Positions 51,903-64,000 of a stretch of DNA of 64,000 nt are shown here, one piece after another (the first letter of the stretch is position 1; the number at the start of each line of letters is the position of its first letter). The notes under the pieces are model-generated. The model was not told the origin of the DNA. It searched no databases and saw nothing but the letters and a program-made list of their open reading frames with translations. Source of the DNA: Octopus bimaculoides (Eukaryota); NCBI RefSeq assembly GCF_001194135.2, contig NC_068985.1:123828227-123892226 (forward strand), given 5' to 3'. Made by a program: the position numbers and the translations under genes.

Positions 51903-53176
51903 ATTTATATTTTTGCATGTGTATTTGCGCGTTTGTTCCCTCACTATATCTGACCGTCTATTAAAACACCTTAATCGTCTATTCACGAAGCATAACAGTG
52001 TTCGTTTTACTCTCAGTTACACTCGGTATCGTCCCATTTATCCTTCCATTTCAATCACACTGAACCTATATGTAGTCATTAAAGCAGCTAGTAGAAAAAA
52101 AAAAAAAAAAAAAAAAAAGAGACAAATTTGCTTCAATTTCCATTCTGCTGACTTAAGGAAGAAAAACAATCACACGTTAGATAGTTATGCCAGATGCACC
52201 ATGCTTTTAAAAAACAGCGCATGGACTAAACAAAAATAGCTAGTCATAGTACATACTTTCTAAATACACGGCTGTTTGTTTCTTTATCCCCATTGAGTCA
52301 GTAGACCCAGCCCCTTTCTCTTATCCTTTGGGTTACAAATGAAATGGTTGTGTGAATAAAGTATTGGTCTGCGGCTCATACGTAGCTCAGAACACATTTC
52401 TTGAACTCTTACAGCAACTAGGTATACCAGATACCGAGATGCACATTCCACTCAAAACGTCTTTAAAAATCATCCCGAGTCCTATATGTGAAGTTGGGCA
52501 TCCCATAAGCTTTAATACATCAAGAACTTTTTTCTGAGTCTGCGCTGTTGAAATTGGGGTGCATCTCATATGTCTATGCATCAAATACTGGAATCTGAAT
52601 ATTTCAAAACAGGGTTTCTACTTGAAACATGACGAGACCTTATATACTACGAAACAGGGCTATTTATTGAACATTAAAAACTCTTCTACACTTTAAGGTC
52701 TGTGCGTGTCTAAAATTATGGGATTTCTATAAAGAAAACAAAAAGAAACATGATCAGCATGTTTTCTACCCGAACTAAGCGAAAAGGATACGCATGTTCT
52801 CTCATACATATATTTATTGCATATTATATGTACATTCATGCTTACATTCATATATACATGCATACGCACATATATACATAATACATAATACATACGTACA
52901 TACATACATACAAACAAACATACATACAAACATACATACATGCATGCATACATACATACATATTTACGTACGTACGTGCATAGGTACGTACATACAAGCA
53001 TATATATTCCAAAGATCTCAGTGTTTGCTTGTTAACGCCATGTACGTAACCAACAATTGCATCTGTATCTCCATGAGGAATTATTCGGTAGCAAAACAAG
53101 ATGTATGTGTGTGAATGTGTATGAGAGTTGTAGCACACAGGTGATGCTGGTGGTACGGAGGCGGTGATAGTGATGG

Positions 53177-53310
53177 CAAAAAGAAGAAGAAGAAGAAGAA
53201 GAAGAAGAAGAAGAAGAAGAAGAAGAAGAAGAAGAAGAAGAAGAAGAAGAAGAAGAAGAAGAAGAAGAAGAAGAAGAAGAAGAAGATGAGCAACAACAAC
53301 AACAACAACA
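53177..53310. repeat. (AAG)n/(AAC)n array
   Basis: Directly visible. Confidence 0.95.
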
Positions 53311-53810
53311 AAACACTCATAGCAACAGCATGAAATAAGAAGACGACGACGACGACGAAAGCGATGATGAAGATGCAAGCTGTCCTGACGCACGGTTGCT
53401 AGGTTACCGCGGAAACAGTCAGTGGGACATGATTTCTCTCCTATAATTGAAGCAGCCATCGTTAATATCGGCGACAGCAAGTGAAATGAGATTGAAGCAA
53501 CAGATCTCGCAGTCCAAACATTTCAAATGTCTAAGCTTCAATCATAGTTATTATTAAGTTGTTGGCGTGTAGTGGTTATATTTGTTGTTGTTGTTGTTTT
53601 TGTTTTTGTTGATGATGATGTTGTTGGTTTGTATTTTGTAGCTGCCTCTAATTTTTCTCCATCTCTACACGTTTTACATCCACATTAATCAGAGATGGAT
53701 TTCACATACACACGCATGCATACACAGTTGTACACACATACACACACACACACACACACACAAGCACACACACACAAGCACACGTACGCATACACACGCA
53801 TATTCATATA

Positions 53811-53861
<51 letters not shown>

Positions 53862-53964
53862 NNNNNNNNNNNNNNNNNNNNNNNNNNNNNNGGAATGGAT
53901 GTATATGAATGCATGTATGTTTGCATATGTATGTAGGCATATATGATTTATATATATATATTCA

Positions 53965-54011
<47 letters not shown>

Positions 54012-54890
54012 GTATGTATGTATGTATGTATATATATATATATGTATATAAGTACATATATATATATATATGTGTGTGTGTGTGAATGTGTGTGTATGTA
54101 TATGTATATGAATATGTATATGTGTATACATAGTTATACCCAAGAATATACAATCATATGTACACATGACTGTTATACACATATGTCTACTTCTATATGT
54201 CTGTATGTGAGTATATAGTGTACGTATGAGTGCGTATTAATCTGAATTTGTGTAAGTGCGAATATATTGCCACGTTAGGACGTAGGTATAGACACACGTA
54301 ATCGCAACCTCATACGCACACTCGCACGCACATTCACAAATGCGTACACAAACACACACTCAGCAGAAACTCACTTTTGGCTTCCGTACACACACACCCA
54401 CACGAGCCAAAGTCACATACACATAATTATGTTTGAAGAGAGTGAACGATAGAATTTTTCTTTTTATTCGCTTTTTAATCAAGACATTTCTATTAATGGG
54501 ATATAAATTTAATGATTTCTTTACTCTGCCATAATGGTATTTTATCTTATATTTCATGTTATTTATTATTACTATTATGTTACAGTGAGAGGGTGTAATG
54601 GAACCCAGTAATATTACTGGTATTTGTTTGTTCTGAATCGGCTAGCAAAATGAAAACCATAATCTTGTCACCATAGTAGAAGCATCTCACTATGATGACG
54701 AACAATGTTATCAAATAATTATTGTTACTGAAATTAATAGGTCCCAACTACGCCCAGGATAGTGTTACATTCATTGCTAAATGTTATAAGCCGGTTTCTG
54801 TAATCTAAAAGTCTCCATTCCGAATTTTTCTCGAGAATGCGACTTCCACTATAGTTGATTAAATACACTAAGAACAGGAGCGCTGCACAC

Positions 54891-55006
<116 letters not shown>

Positions 55007-56801
55007 GCACAACACACACATACACACGCACACACACACACAAACACACACATATGCACACACGCATGCACACATATATACACACACACAGGTACACGCA
55101 TACACACACGCACACCAACAGAATGATGCAATGGATCTCTGAGGTAATTCGTCATGGTGACGAATAAGGTGTCATGGTGACAGAGAGAGAGGAGGGAAAG
55201 GAGAGAGAGAGAGAGAGAGAAGAGAGGAAGAGAGAAAAGAGTGAGAGAGAAGAGAGAGAGAGAGAAATAGGGGAATACAGGAGGAGATGAATGTTAAATC
55301 TTCATATATCATTGTTATCTATAGCAGTAACATAAAGATATAGGAGAAATATAAAAGTTACAGATAGCGATAATGGTAGTATTGAAAAAAAGAATGAATA
55401 AAAATCATCTGCATCCAATAAACAGTTCTAAAAAACACTAGAGCGTTGGGAAAAAATGACTTGCAGTTTTTAGCTCGCTCCCTTTTATGCATACCGGCCA
55501 TAGCCGTTACTTGCAAGTGAGTATGGGTGGGTAGCATGTACTGCACTTTCGCTAATTGTTTTATGTGTCCATGTAGTCCTGCGCTCCCCATCTCTTGACT
55601 AGACAGACTATTTAGTATGCGATAGTTGAAGAGAAAAAGGGCTGCACTTATATACATTTCTATTGGTATTCATTTCTACTGCGTTGACAAGAGTTCAAGG
55701 GCATAAGGTGCTGGTCGATCCTACGACCTACCGATCATGAGCCCAACAGTGCCCTTTTATGACATCGGCACACTGGGCAGTTTCCCAGGCGTCCCAGGCG
55801 TCCCAGGCGTCCCAGGTCCTAAGTTTTCAATGCTAATCTATTTTATGTCGTTGTCTATAGAGAAAACCTCCGTACATTACCCTGCTTATGACTATAGTTC
55901 TGTTAAAACGGCCTCGAAGCTCAGGTCAAAAGGATGCAAGTCTTGAATTTAGCCAAATACCCAAATATCGTCATAATATGCAAAAGGCAAAATAGACTTT
56001 AAAAAAGAAACTGCAGAATGATAAGATAAACTCAGATAAGACAACAAAAGATCGCATTATGATGTGGTAGAATATTCAGCCAAGGACATTTCTTCGTGAT
56101 AGCAAACATCTTCCTCAGCTCACATCTTATGTTAAAAAAATGTATGAATAAATTCGATGCCAGGAGTAAATTATGTCAAGGAAGGAAATAAAGACGGTAT
56201 GGTCTTGCGGGGAAAGTATTTGATCAGTTAGGTTCGATCTGAGATCAAAGAATACCATCATACAGTAAAAGAGAGTCGGGTCTATATGAGGTTCTTTGGA
56301 AAACCAATGGCTCATTTGATTTTGTTTTATATCACTATTGATGAACACTAACATCGTTGCTTACAATTTTCCAAGGACCAATCACTGGTTCGTTGCATTT
56401 CCGACAGGTGTTAGTGAAAAATACCAAGGTGGTAGTTTTGGTTTATCCACCGATGTTTTCATCCTTCGTAGATATACATCGGCGAAAAATACAGACACAC
56501 GCATGCGCGCATGAGAGCATCTTAATCGAAGAATTAAGGAGACCATTATTCAATAAAGTACTTGATGCGGGTTAGAACGTTGAGTGTATTTGTTTATATT
56601 CTAATACAAGTGCTAAACGTAATAATAAGCATTTTTAGCTATCTCTCATGAACATAAGGTCTTTAATAGGAATTAAGTTACTTAAACAACCTTTCAGGCG
56701 AAGAGTTTACATCTAAATACACCTAAATACATTTAAAATTTTAATGTCTTGAGTATTTAATGGATAGTGGTGTTATTGATTCTTCGATTAAGATTGGCAT
56801 A

Positions 56802-56839
<38 letters not shown>

Positions 56840-57124
56840 TGACTGTCTGTGTCAGCAGTATGTTGTACATATATCATTCCTTTCGCGACCATAATTCTGA
56901 TGTAATACTCTGTCAATAGGTTTTATTGAATTTTGAAAATAATCAAGAATTCGGAAGAGTTTAGAAAATAACTAGTATTTTCGTAATTAAGTTAGAGTCT
57001 GAAATATAACTGATATAGAGATTCTTATATAAAATTATGGTAGAAAGATTAATTTAAATACTAACACGTTAAAGTTTACAGATTTCTATCATAGAAAGAG
57101 GTGATCTCCGGCACATTGGTACGA

Positions 57125-57510
57125 AAGCACACGGTCAAACTGCAGCCATGCTGGGGCATCGCCTTTAAAGGGTTTTTTAGCCGAAGAAATTGACCCCAAG
57201 ACTTATTCTTTCTAAGCCTACTTATATCTGTCTCTTTTGCCGAACCGTTAAGTAAGGGATTGTAAACACACCAACATCGGTTGTGAAGCGATGATGGTGG
57301 TGGGGAGACAATCACAGGCACACACACAAGAATATATATACATATATGTATACTACGGGCTTCCTTCAGTTTCCGTCTGCCAAATCCGTTTACAAGTCTT
57401 TGGTCAGCCCTAGACTATAGTAAAAGATGCTTGCCTTGGGTACAGTAGCACTGAACCCAGAACCGTGTGGCTGAGAAGCAAGCTTCTTAACACGCAGCCA
57501 CATCTGCGCT
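57125..57510 (-). mobile_element. SINE family A, full length
   Basis: Minus: gtggctgcgtgttaagaagcttgcttctcagccacacggttctgggttcagtgc...atttggcagacggaaactgaaggaagccc...aaaggcgatgccccagcatggctgcag. Confidence 0.85.
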
Positions 57511-57789
57511 TATATATATATATATATATATATATTCGACTGGTTTTTACTCGATTGTTTTTTAATCTAGTAAACGTACGTCACAAAACCAATGGTCAAA
57601 CCAATGGTAGATATTGCGGAATGAAAGCCCCAACTCTATCACACGTATACACTCGCTTTTGGCTACGACTGAGCATCCAGAGACATTGTGGTTAACTGAT
57701 TTTTTCACAATCACCTATAGGTTGACTACGAAAAATTGATGCTAGAGCTGTGAAAGCTTACATGCATTAATTTCAACCCTTCTTATTAA

Positions 57790-58290
57790 TATCTACTCTG
57801 TTTCTTATACCAGTTCCCATATGCTATTGATAACTGTACTCGGTCTGCTTAGGAGGTTGTTGTGTCTTAGCATATGTGCTGCTTCTTTCATTTTTCGTAT
57901 TTTCCAGTGGTGTTCTCCGTCTATTATTTTGACTTCGTCCCACAGGGGCAGGTGGTCTCCATTTTTCCAGAAATGATCAGCTAGACCCGATTTATCAATA
58001 TCTCCTCGTGTCACAGCTTTGCGATTCTCGTCTACCCTTATTTTGAGGAGGCGACATGTTTCGCCTTTGTATAACCTACTACAACTGCATGGGCTGGAGT
58101 ACATGCAGTCTTCGGTCATATTCTCTTCTATTGGTGGTTTAACTCGAAGGAGATATTTGCGAAGTGTTGTATTACTCTTGAATACTGTCCTGATGTCAAA
58201 TGGGCCGCATATCATTTGTATCTTTTCGGAGAGGCCTTTCACATAGGGTAGACAGACTGTGGACAGTTTATTGATTTCATCCTCTTTTTT
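57790..58290 (-). mobile_element. Penelope-like element C-terminal GIY-YIG endonuclease fragment
   Basis: ORF 57805-58242: DIRTVFKSNTTLRKYLLRVKP...CMYSSPCSCSRLYKGETCRLLKIRVDENRKAV...SGLADHFW...WDEVKIID.EHHWKIRKMKEAAHM. Confidence 0.85.
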
Positions 58291-58294
58291 TCTT

Positions 58295-58717
58295 TATAAT
58301 TGGAGCCCATGCAGTTGTGGTAGGTTATACAAAGGCGAAACATTTCGCCCTCTCAAAATAAGGGTAGACGAATATTGCAAACCTGTGACATGAGGAGATA
58401 TTGGTAAATCGGGTATAGCTGATCAGGTATGGAAAAATGGAGATCCCCCCCACACCTGTTGGATGAAATTAAAATAATAGACAAAGAACACCACTGCAAA
58501 ATACGAAAACTGAAAGAAGCAGCACATATGCTAAGACACAACAACCTCCTAAGCAGATCGAGTGCAGATAGGAGTAGCATATGGGAACCGGTATTAAGGA
58601 AGTATAGGAAAAAAATAGATTTATAAGCCCTAAAATTCACTTCATAATTGCCCACGGGCATATGGCGTAGTGATTAAGAGCGCGGGTTACTAACCCCAAG
58701 ATTCCGCGTTCGATTCC
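58295..58717 (+). mobile_element. Inverted second copy of the same GIY-YIG end plus a tRNA-like 3' segment
   Basis: gagcccatgcagttgtggtaggttatacaaaggcgaaac...KIRKLKEAAHMLRHNNLLSR..SIWEPVL*, then tggcgtagtgattaagagcgcggg...gttcgattcc. Confidence 0.85.
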
Positions 58718-58721
58718 AACT

Positions 58722-59360
58722 CTGTTAGCTTTGCTAATTTATTTAGCGTCCAGGTGAGGATATTATAACTGTGAAAGCTTGGGGTTTGATGCCTATTCAC
58801 TTTCGTTTTTTACATACAGCTCTTCTTTTAAGTATTAATCTAACACGTTTGCAATGCTCATTCGTAACCTTTTCTATTACTTCTTTATTGTAAGGTGCAC
58901 GTAGATTCACAAATATTTTATATGTTTAGTCTAATTTTGTTATATTTCTTTATCGATTATGATATTAGTTTATTTTTCAACTCTTCAAGTTGGGCTTGGC
59001 CATTTTCTCATGTGATTCTCCATTTAATTATTCTAGTGAATTCATGTACTATCTCATAGTTTTTCAAGTTGTTCATCACTTGCAGCTTACGACCTGAGAG
59101 TTGATAATCCCCCCGCAGCATTTGTATCTTTGTCCAATCTGGTTTAGTATATTGGTTAAAGGTTTTAGCGCCAGGCACGAGAGGAGAGAGGGAGTTCCAT
59201 TAGAATATCCCTCTTCTACTGAAGATACAAGTTGTCATCATAACTTTCTTTTGTGATATGGTATGATATCTGTAGACTTGTGATATGGTATAATTTCTGT
59301 AGAATTCTGCAGAATCCGTTGTTTTGGGTAGGTCATTCCATTCTTCTTTCAGTTAGGGTT
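58722..59360 (-). mobile_element. Decayed R4/Dong-like RT fragment
   Basis: Minus frames RGIF.G.SLSPL.CLALKPLTNILNQIG, MNNLKT (for MDDLK), KRVRLILK.ELY, ILTWTL..LAKL. Confidence 0.6.
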
Positions 59361-59429
59361 GAGATATTTTTTCTAATTTTCTATATTTTTCTGTGTGTTT
59401 GTTTTCCATACTTGCTTCAGTTTCGATAT

Positions 59430-60050
59430 TCATGAATCAGTAGAAGTGGAGCTGAAAGCTCTGCTTAGTACTGTTTTGACTGCACGCCGCCATGCCATTA
59501 CTACTGCTGCTGTTGTGATGATGGTGTCGACACCAGTGAGGGACTTGCTTCTCTTTTGCTGTGGACAGAAAGGCTTGAGATCACTTGTGTCATCACACAA
59601 GTGACACGTCGGACTTTTCCCTTCAATGTTTTTTTGTTTTGCCTTTATGTCGATGAGGACAACCGCCACTATCCTACATACGTCCATTTCTGGTGGTACG
59701 CTGAATACCTATATTTTACCACCTTACAGTCAAGGCTGATTGGTATGAGAATCAAGTCATGAATCTTAAGGGTTGTATGGAGTGCTTCCTGGCCTCATCT
59801 TCCGTAGGGAATCTCACCTCTACCCTGCCAAACTCTTTCTCTTAACGATGTTTTCTTCCCCTAGAATAGTCGGAGGCCTTTTCTATTTCCTGTGTCGCCA
59901 ACTCTATTTTCCTACTTTTTATTAGGAAGTTTTCGTCTACCTCAGAAGTGTGTTTCGCGCATTTTTAATTCTTCCAAAGATAAAATACGTTCTTCTTCTA
60001 TCTACTTGACTGTATTGGCGAGCTCATGAATGATAGATTTGCAAGTTTCA
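59430..60050 (-). mobile_element. LINE ORF1 (gag-like) remnant with RRM-like and Zn-knuckle-like pieces
   Basis: Minus: GRVEVRFPTEDEARKHSIQPL...VPPEMDV..IVAVV...PTCHLCDDTSDLKPFCPQ. Confidence 0.45.
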
Positions 60051-60631
60051 AGTATTAATTTTTGGCGCTAGTGGTGATGGTGTTGACTGGTGTTGACTGG
60101 TGCTTTGAAAAGACAATTTCAGTTGTTTTGTTTTTGTCTTACGTTGTTATTTTTGTTGTTGTTGCTGTCGTTTCGACTTTATTTTTCATTTTTTATTCTC
60201 CTTATCATTTTCTTTATTTCTGCTTTTGTCATTCTTTTCTTTTGCGTTGTTGTTGATATAAACTAATGTTGTTGTTGCTGTTTCAGTCGGCAATGTTAAT
60301 AGTGATGGTCGTGCTTTGTTTTAAAGGTGGAAAGGCAGCGTCAAAACAGCTCTTCCAATACATTCCCTGAGATTTTGCTGAAAATTCGACAGCAGGCTTT
60401 CATGTTATTTTTAAATGAAAGTATAAATGTCACAAAATATGCAGAGATTACACCCAGAAGTGGCGAAAGTTTCGCAAGGCCAGCTAAACTGAAAAGATAT
60501 TGGTTGACTAAATAATAAAATGGTACAGCAAAATCCAAAATTATCTCCTTCAATTCAAGACAAGAGAGTTCAGTAACAACATACGAGCTCAAAGGCGACA
60601 TCTTTCTTTTCATAATAATAATAATAATAAT

Positions 60632-60771
60632 GATATCACCATGTCACGCACATATGATTGTGATGCATGTGCCTGATGTACCCTTATTAGACGGGTAGTC
60701 ATGATGGGTATATTGGGCTTCGTATATTTCACCCCAGTGTCACTTTGATGGCATGCACTGCTCTCTCATTC
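60632..60771. mobile_element. 140-bp non-repetitive insert between two (AAT)n tracts, probable fragment of a TAA-targeting element
   Basis: (AAT)n at 60612-60631 and 60772-60826 on either side of a mixed-composition insert. Confidence 0.45.
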
Positions 60772-60829
<58 letters not shown>

Positions 60830-61486
60830 TCAATGATAATGGTGGCATTGGTAGCGATTTCTATACATATTTCTGAGCGTAATTTGTATCTGGTATTGGA
60901 AAATTCCTGTAAATTCGACTTATTCTTCGAAATGCAAAAGGATTTGCACGATTGAGTGAAGTCCTCAAAACAAGGATTAAGCGGGAGAAGAAAAAATATA
61001 ATATTCTCGATAAGTTCGTGTCACGTCCAAGAAAACTCACAATGAAATCCCTTTACAACGTTTTTTTTTTTTTATATATATATATCGATTCGCTGTGTTT
61101 CGTGTGGTGCAGCCAATGGACTGACTTTATTCCGTTTTCTGCAGATTTAAAATTACTTCTCTTCACTTTTTTTTTTCTGCTTGACTAACAAAACATTTTG
61201 TTGTTTTGCAAAGCAATGTACTGAAAAGGGTAAATTTTGTATTAATGATGTAAAGATGCGTTATAGAGTGTAAATGTGTGTAAGTATAAATATACACATA
61301 TTAAAATATGTGTATATAGAAAGCTGAAATTTCGCAAACCGTCATTCCGAGTTTTTTGCACGATGTATACATACGTGTGCGTTGAACATACAAAATTATA
61401 TGAATATACATAAGTATATGATTATGTTTATTTATCTATTTATCTATCTATATCTACACACACACAAACACATGTTGTTGTTGTTG

Positions 61487-61777
61487 GCACTCCGTCGCTT
61501 ACGACGTCGAAAGTTCCAGTTGATCTGATCAACGGAACAGCCTGCTCGTGAAATTAACGTGCAAGTGGCTGAGCACTCCACAGACACGTGTACCCTTAAC
61601 GTAGTTCTCGGGGATACTCAGCGTGACACAGTGTGACAAGGCTGACCCTTTGAATTACAGGCACAACAGAAACAGGAAGTAATCGTGAGAGAAAGTTGTG
61701 GTGAAAGAGTACAGCAGGGTTCGCCACCATCCCCTGCCGGAGCCTCAATAAACACTCACAACGCCCGGTCAGGGAAT
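61487..61777 (-). mobile_element. SINE family C with internal deletion, head lost in a gap
   Basis: gttgttgttggcactccgtcgcttacgacgtcg...ccatcccctgccggagcc|tcaataaacactcacaacgcccggtc; near-identical to 24388-24720. Confidence 0.9.
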
Positions 61778-62328
61778 NNNNNNNNNNNNNNNNNNNNNNN
61801 NNNNNNNNNNNNNNNNNNNNNNNNNNNNNNNNNNNNNNNNNNNNNNNNNNNNNNNNNNNNNNNNNNNNNNNNNNNNNNNNNNNNNNNNNNNNNNNNNNNN
61901 NNNNNNNNNNNNNNNNNNNNNNNNNNNNNNNNNNNNNNNNNNNNNNNNNNNNNNNNNNNNNNNNNNNNNNNNNNNNNNNNNNNNNNNNNNNNNNNNNNNN
62001 NNNNNNNNNNNNNNNNNNNNNNNNNNNNNNNNNNNNNNNNNNNNNNNNNNNNNNNNNNNNNNNNNNNNNNNNNNNNNNNNNNNNNNNNNNNNNNNNNNNN
62101 NNNNNNNNNNNNNNNNNNNNNNNNNNNNNNNNNNNNNNNNNNNNNNNNNNNNNNNNNNNNNNNNNNNNNNNNNNNNNNNNNNNNNNNNNNNNNNNNNNNN
62201 NNNNNNNNNNNNNNNNNNNNNNNNNNNNNNNNNNNNNNNNNNNNNNNNNNNNNNNNNNNNNNNNNNNNNNNNNNNNNNNNNNNNNNNNNNNNNNNNNNNN
62301 NNNNNNNNNNNNNNNNNNNNNNNNNNNN

Positions 62329-62371
<43 letters not shown>

Positions 62372-62583
62372 CTACCAGCGTCTGCGTAAGTGCTTAGGTA
62401 TACAAGTATATATACATATGCATAAATATATATAAAATAAATGCGACTAGGGTGTTAGAAAACACCTACAGTGCTAGAATTAAGAACTAAAACGCTTTAA
62501 TACCGTAGTCAACGTACATGAATGAAAACATATACACTAACAGGGAGGGAACGGATTCGTCCGAAAGCTGCAGGACGAGAATT

Positions 62584-62634
62584 CTTAATAATGACGCGTC
62601 AGTTTCGGCAAATTTCGTCGCCTAATCAGTTAAG
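62584..62634 (-). ncRNA. Type I hammerhead ribozyme, mutated copy 1
   Basis: Minus: CTTAA-CTGATTA-GGCGA(cgaaat)TTGCC-GAAA-CTGACGCGTCA-T-TA-TTAAG. Confidence 0.6.
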
Positions 62635-63139
62635 CCAGATTGATCTCAACTCATTCCGAACTCGCTCAGCCATTAGTATTTATATTTTCGTCATCCAAAT
62701 AATTTGGATGATTTAGCGATTCGGTAATGTGTATATATAAAATTAATATGAACAACAGCTTGCAATGTTTCACTGAAAAAGAGAATTACAAATGTTACCA
62801 AATGCGACTAGGGTGTTATAAAACAGCCACATTGCTAGAAATAAGAGCTAAAACGCTCAAATGTTGTAGTTAACGCACATGAATGAAAACAGGGATCATA
62901 ATCATCCGAAAAGTGCCGGTCGAGAATTCGTATTTCTAGCAATGCCAGATGATTTCTAACACCCTAGTCGCATTTAATGACATTTGTAATTCTCCTTTTT
63001 GGTGAAACATTGCAAACTGCTGCTCATATTAATTTTATATATACACATTTGTGAATCGCTAAATTAGCCAATTATTTGGACGACGAAAACATCAATACAA
63101 ATGGCGAAGCGAGTCCAGAAGGAACCCGGGTCATGCTGG

Positions 63140-63190
63140 CTTAACCGATGAGGCGATGGAAATTGCCGAAACTGACGCGTCAGCATTCAG
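63140..63190 (+). ncRNA. Type I hammerhead ribozyme, mutated copy 2
   Basis: CTTAA-CCGATGA-GGCGAT(ggaa)ATTGCC-GAAA-CTGACGCGTCAG-CA-TTCAG. Confidence 0.6.
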
Positions 63191-63382
63191 AATTCTTGAC
63201 TGGCACTTTCGTATAATTATAATGTATATGTTTTCATTCATGTGCATCAACTACAGCATTAGAGCGTTCTAGCTCTTATTTCTATTACTGTAGGTGTTTT
63301 GTAACACTCTAGTCGCTTCTAGGGACATTTGTATTTCTCCTTTTTGGTGAAACATTTCAAACTGCTGTTCATATTATATATA

Positions 63383-63491
<109 letters not shown>

Positions 63492-64000
63492 TTAGGGATA
63501 GATACATACATAGATGTTTTTATTAACGCATATAATTTTGCATGCACACATTCATTCAAATATCTATGCAGACTGTGCATGCATATAACACTGATTGTTG
63601 CTTTTAGTTTGCCAAAACAACTTATAGCTAAACGAAAAGCTAATCTATAAGCAATATAGATTACCAAGCAAATCGATAAGAAGATATTTAGAAATAAATA
63701 AAAGATAAAAACGAGAACAAAACATTTCAAATGTGCATTCAAGTCATAATTCTAGATTCTTTCTTTTTAGAAAGTTGTTTATAAATGTATTATAACGGAA
63801 AAATGAAAGCCAGTTCCACCCTAGAAAATATTTATAAACTTGATCAAGCCAGTCACTGAAGTAAATACACATAAAATAGCCTTTTTTCTTTTTCGTCATT
63901 TTTTTTTTCAGATATAATAAAAATATCTGAAGCCTTTTCGATATAGTTTTGTTGCTGTTTTCGTTGTTCAATCTTACTTTGGTGCTACAGACCTATGATC

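Noticed and set aside
53381-53430. CTGACGC...GAAAC-a-GTC hammerhead-like arrangement
   Set aside because: Core A9 is wrong and stem I cannot form adjacent to the triplet
55120-55143. Possible micro-exon cag|aatgatgcaatggatctctgag|gtaatt
   Set aside because: Acceptor lies in a CA tract with no polypyrimidine run; expected by chance
55737-55946. Collagen-like GVPGVPGVPGPK ORF
   Set aside because: Only four Gly-X-Y triplets from an exact 9-bp DNA tandem with no synonymous variation, and no flanking collagen exons

Overview
AT-rich, gap-ridden eukaryotic genomic DNA with many N runs, most of them abutting (TA)n, (CA)n or (GA)n tracts. The repeat complement (tRNA-derived SINE families, very dense microsatellites, TTAGGG) looks like an octopus/cephalopod draft assembly; this is recognition from memory, not a database result. 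No intact host protein-coding gene, rRNA, true tRNA gene or CRISPR array is supported, and nearly all listed ORFs are microsatellite or N-gap artefacts. The window is intergenic or intronic and dominated by decayed mobile elements: CR1-type, RTE, R4/Dong-like and HERO-like LINE remnants, Penelope-like elements (PLE; RT and GIY-YIG pieces), Tc1/mariner copies, several foldback/MITE-like inverted repeats and at least four SINE types. The most interesting signal is a set of hammerhead-ribozyme (HHR) motifs. (1) A ~360-bp tandem unit arranged as a ~1-kb palindrome at 62.4-63.4 kb; its two HHR copies carry different point mutations and together reconstruct a canonical type I hammerhead (retrozyme-like). 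(2) A ~255-bp tRNA-head plus minimal HHR element at 600-856, whose tRNA-like head recurs directly behind a Penelope GIY-YIG ORF at 58.66 kb. (3) Further degenerate HHRs at 10.06 kb and beside a PLE RT remnant at 43.04 kb. A two-donor templated insertion inside an RTE copy (24141-24223) is also notable. Boundaries of decayed elements are approximate and were read by eye.
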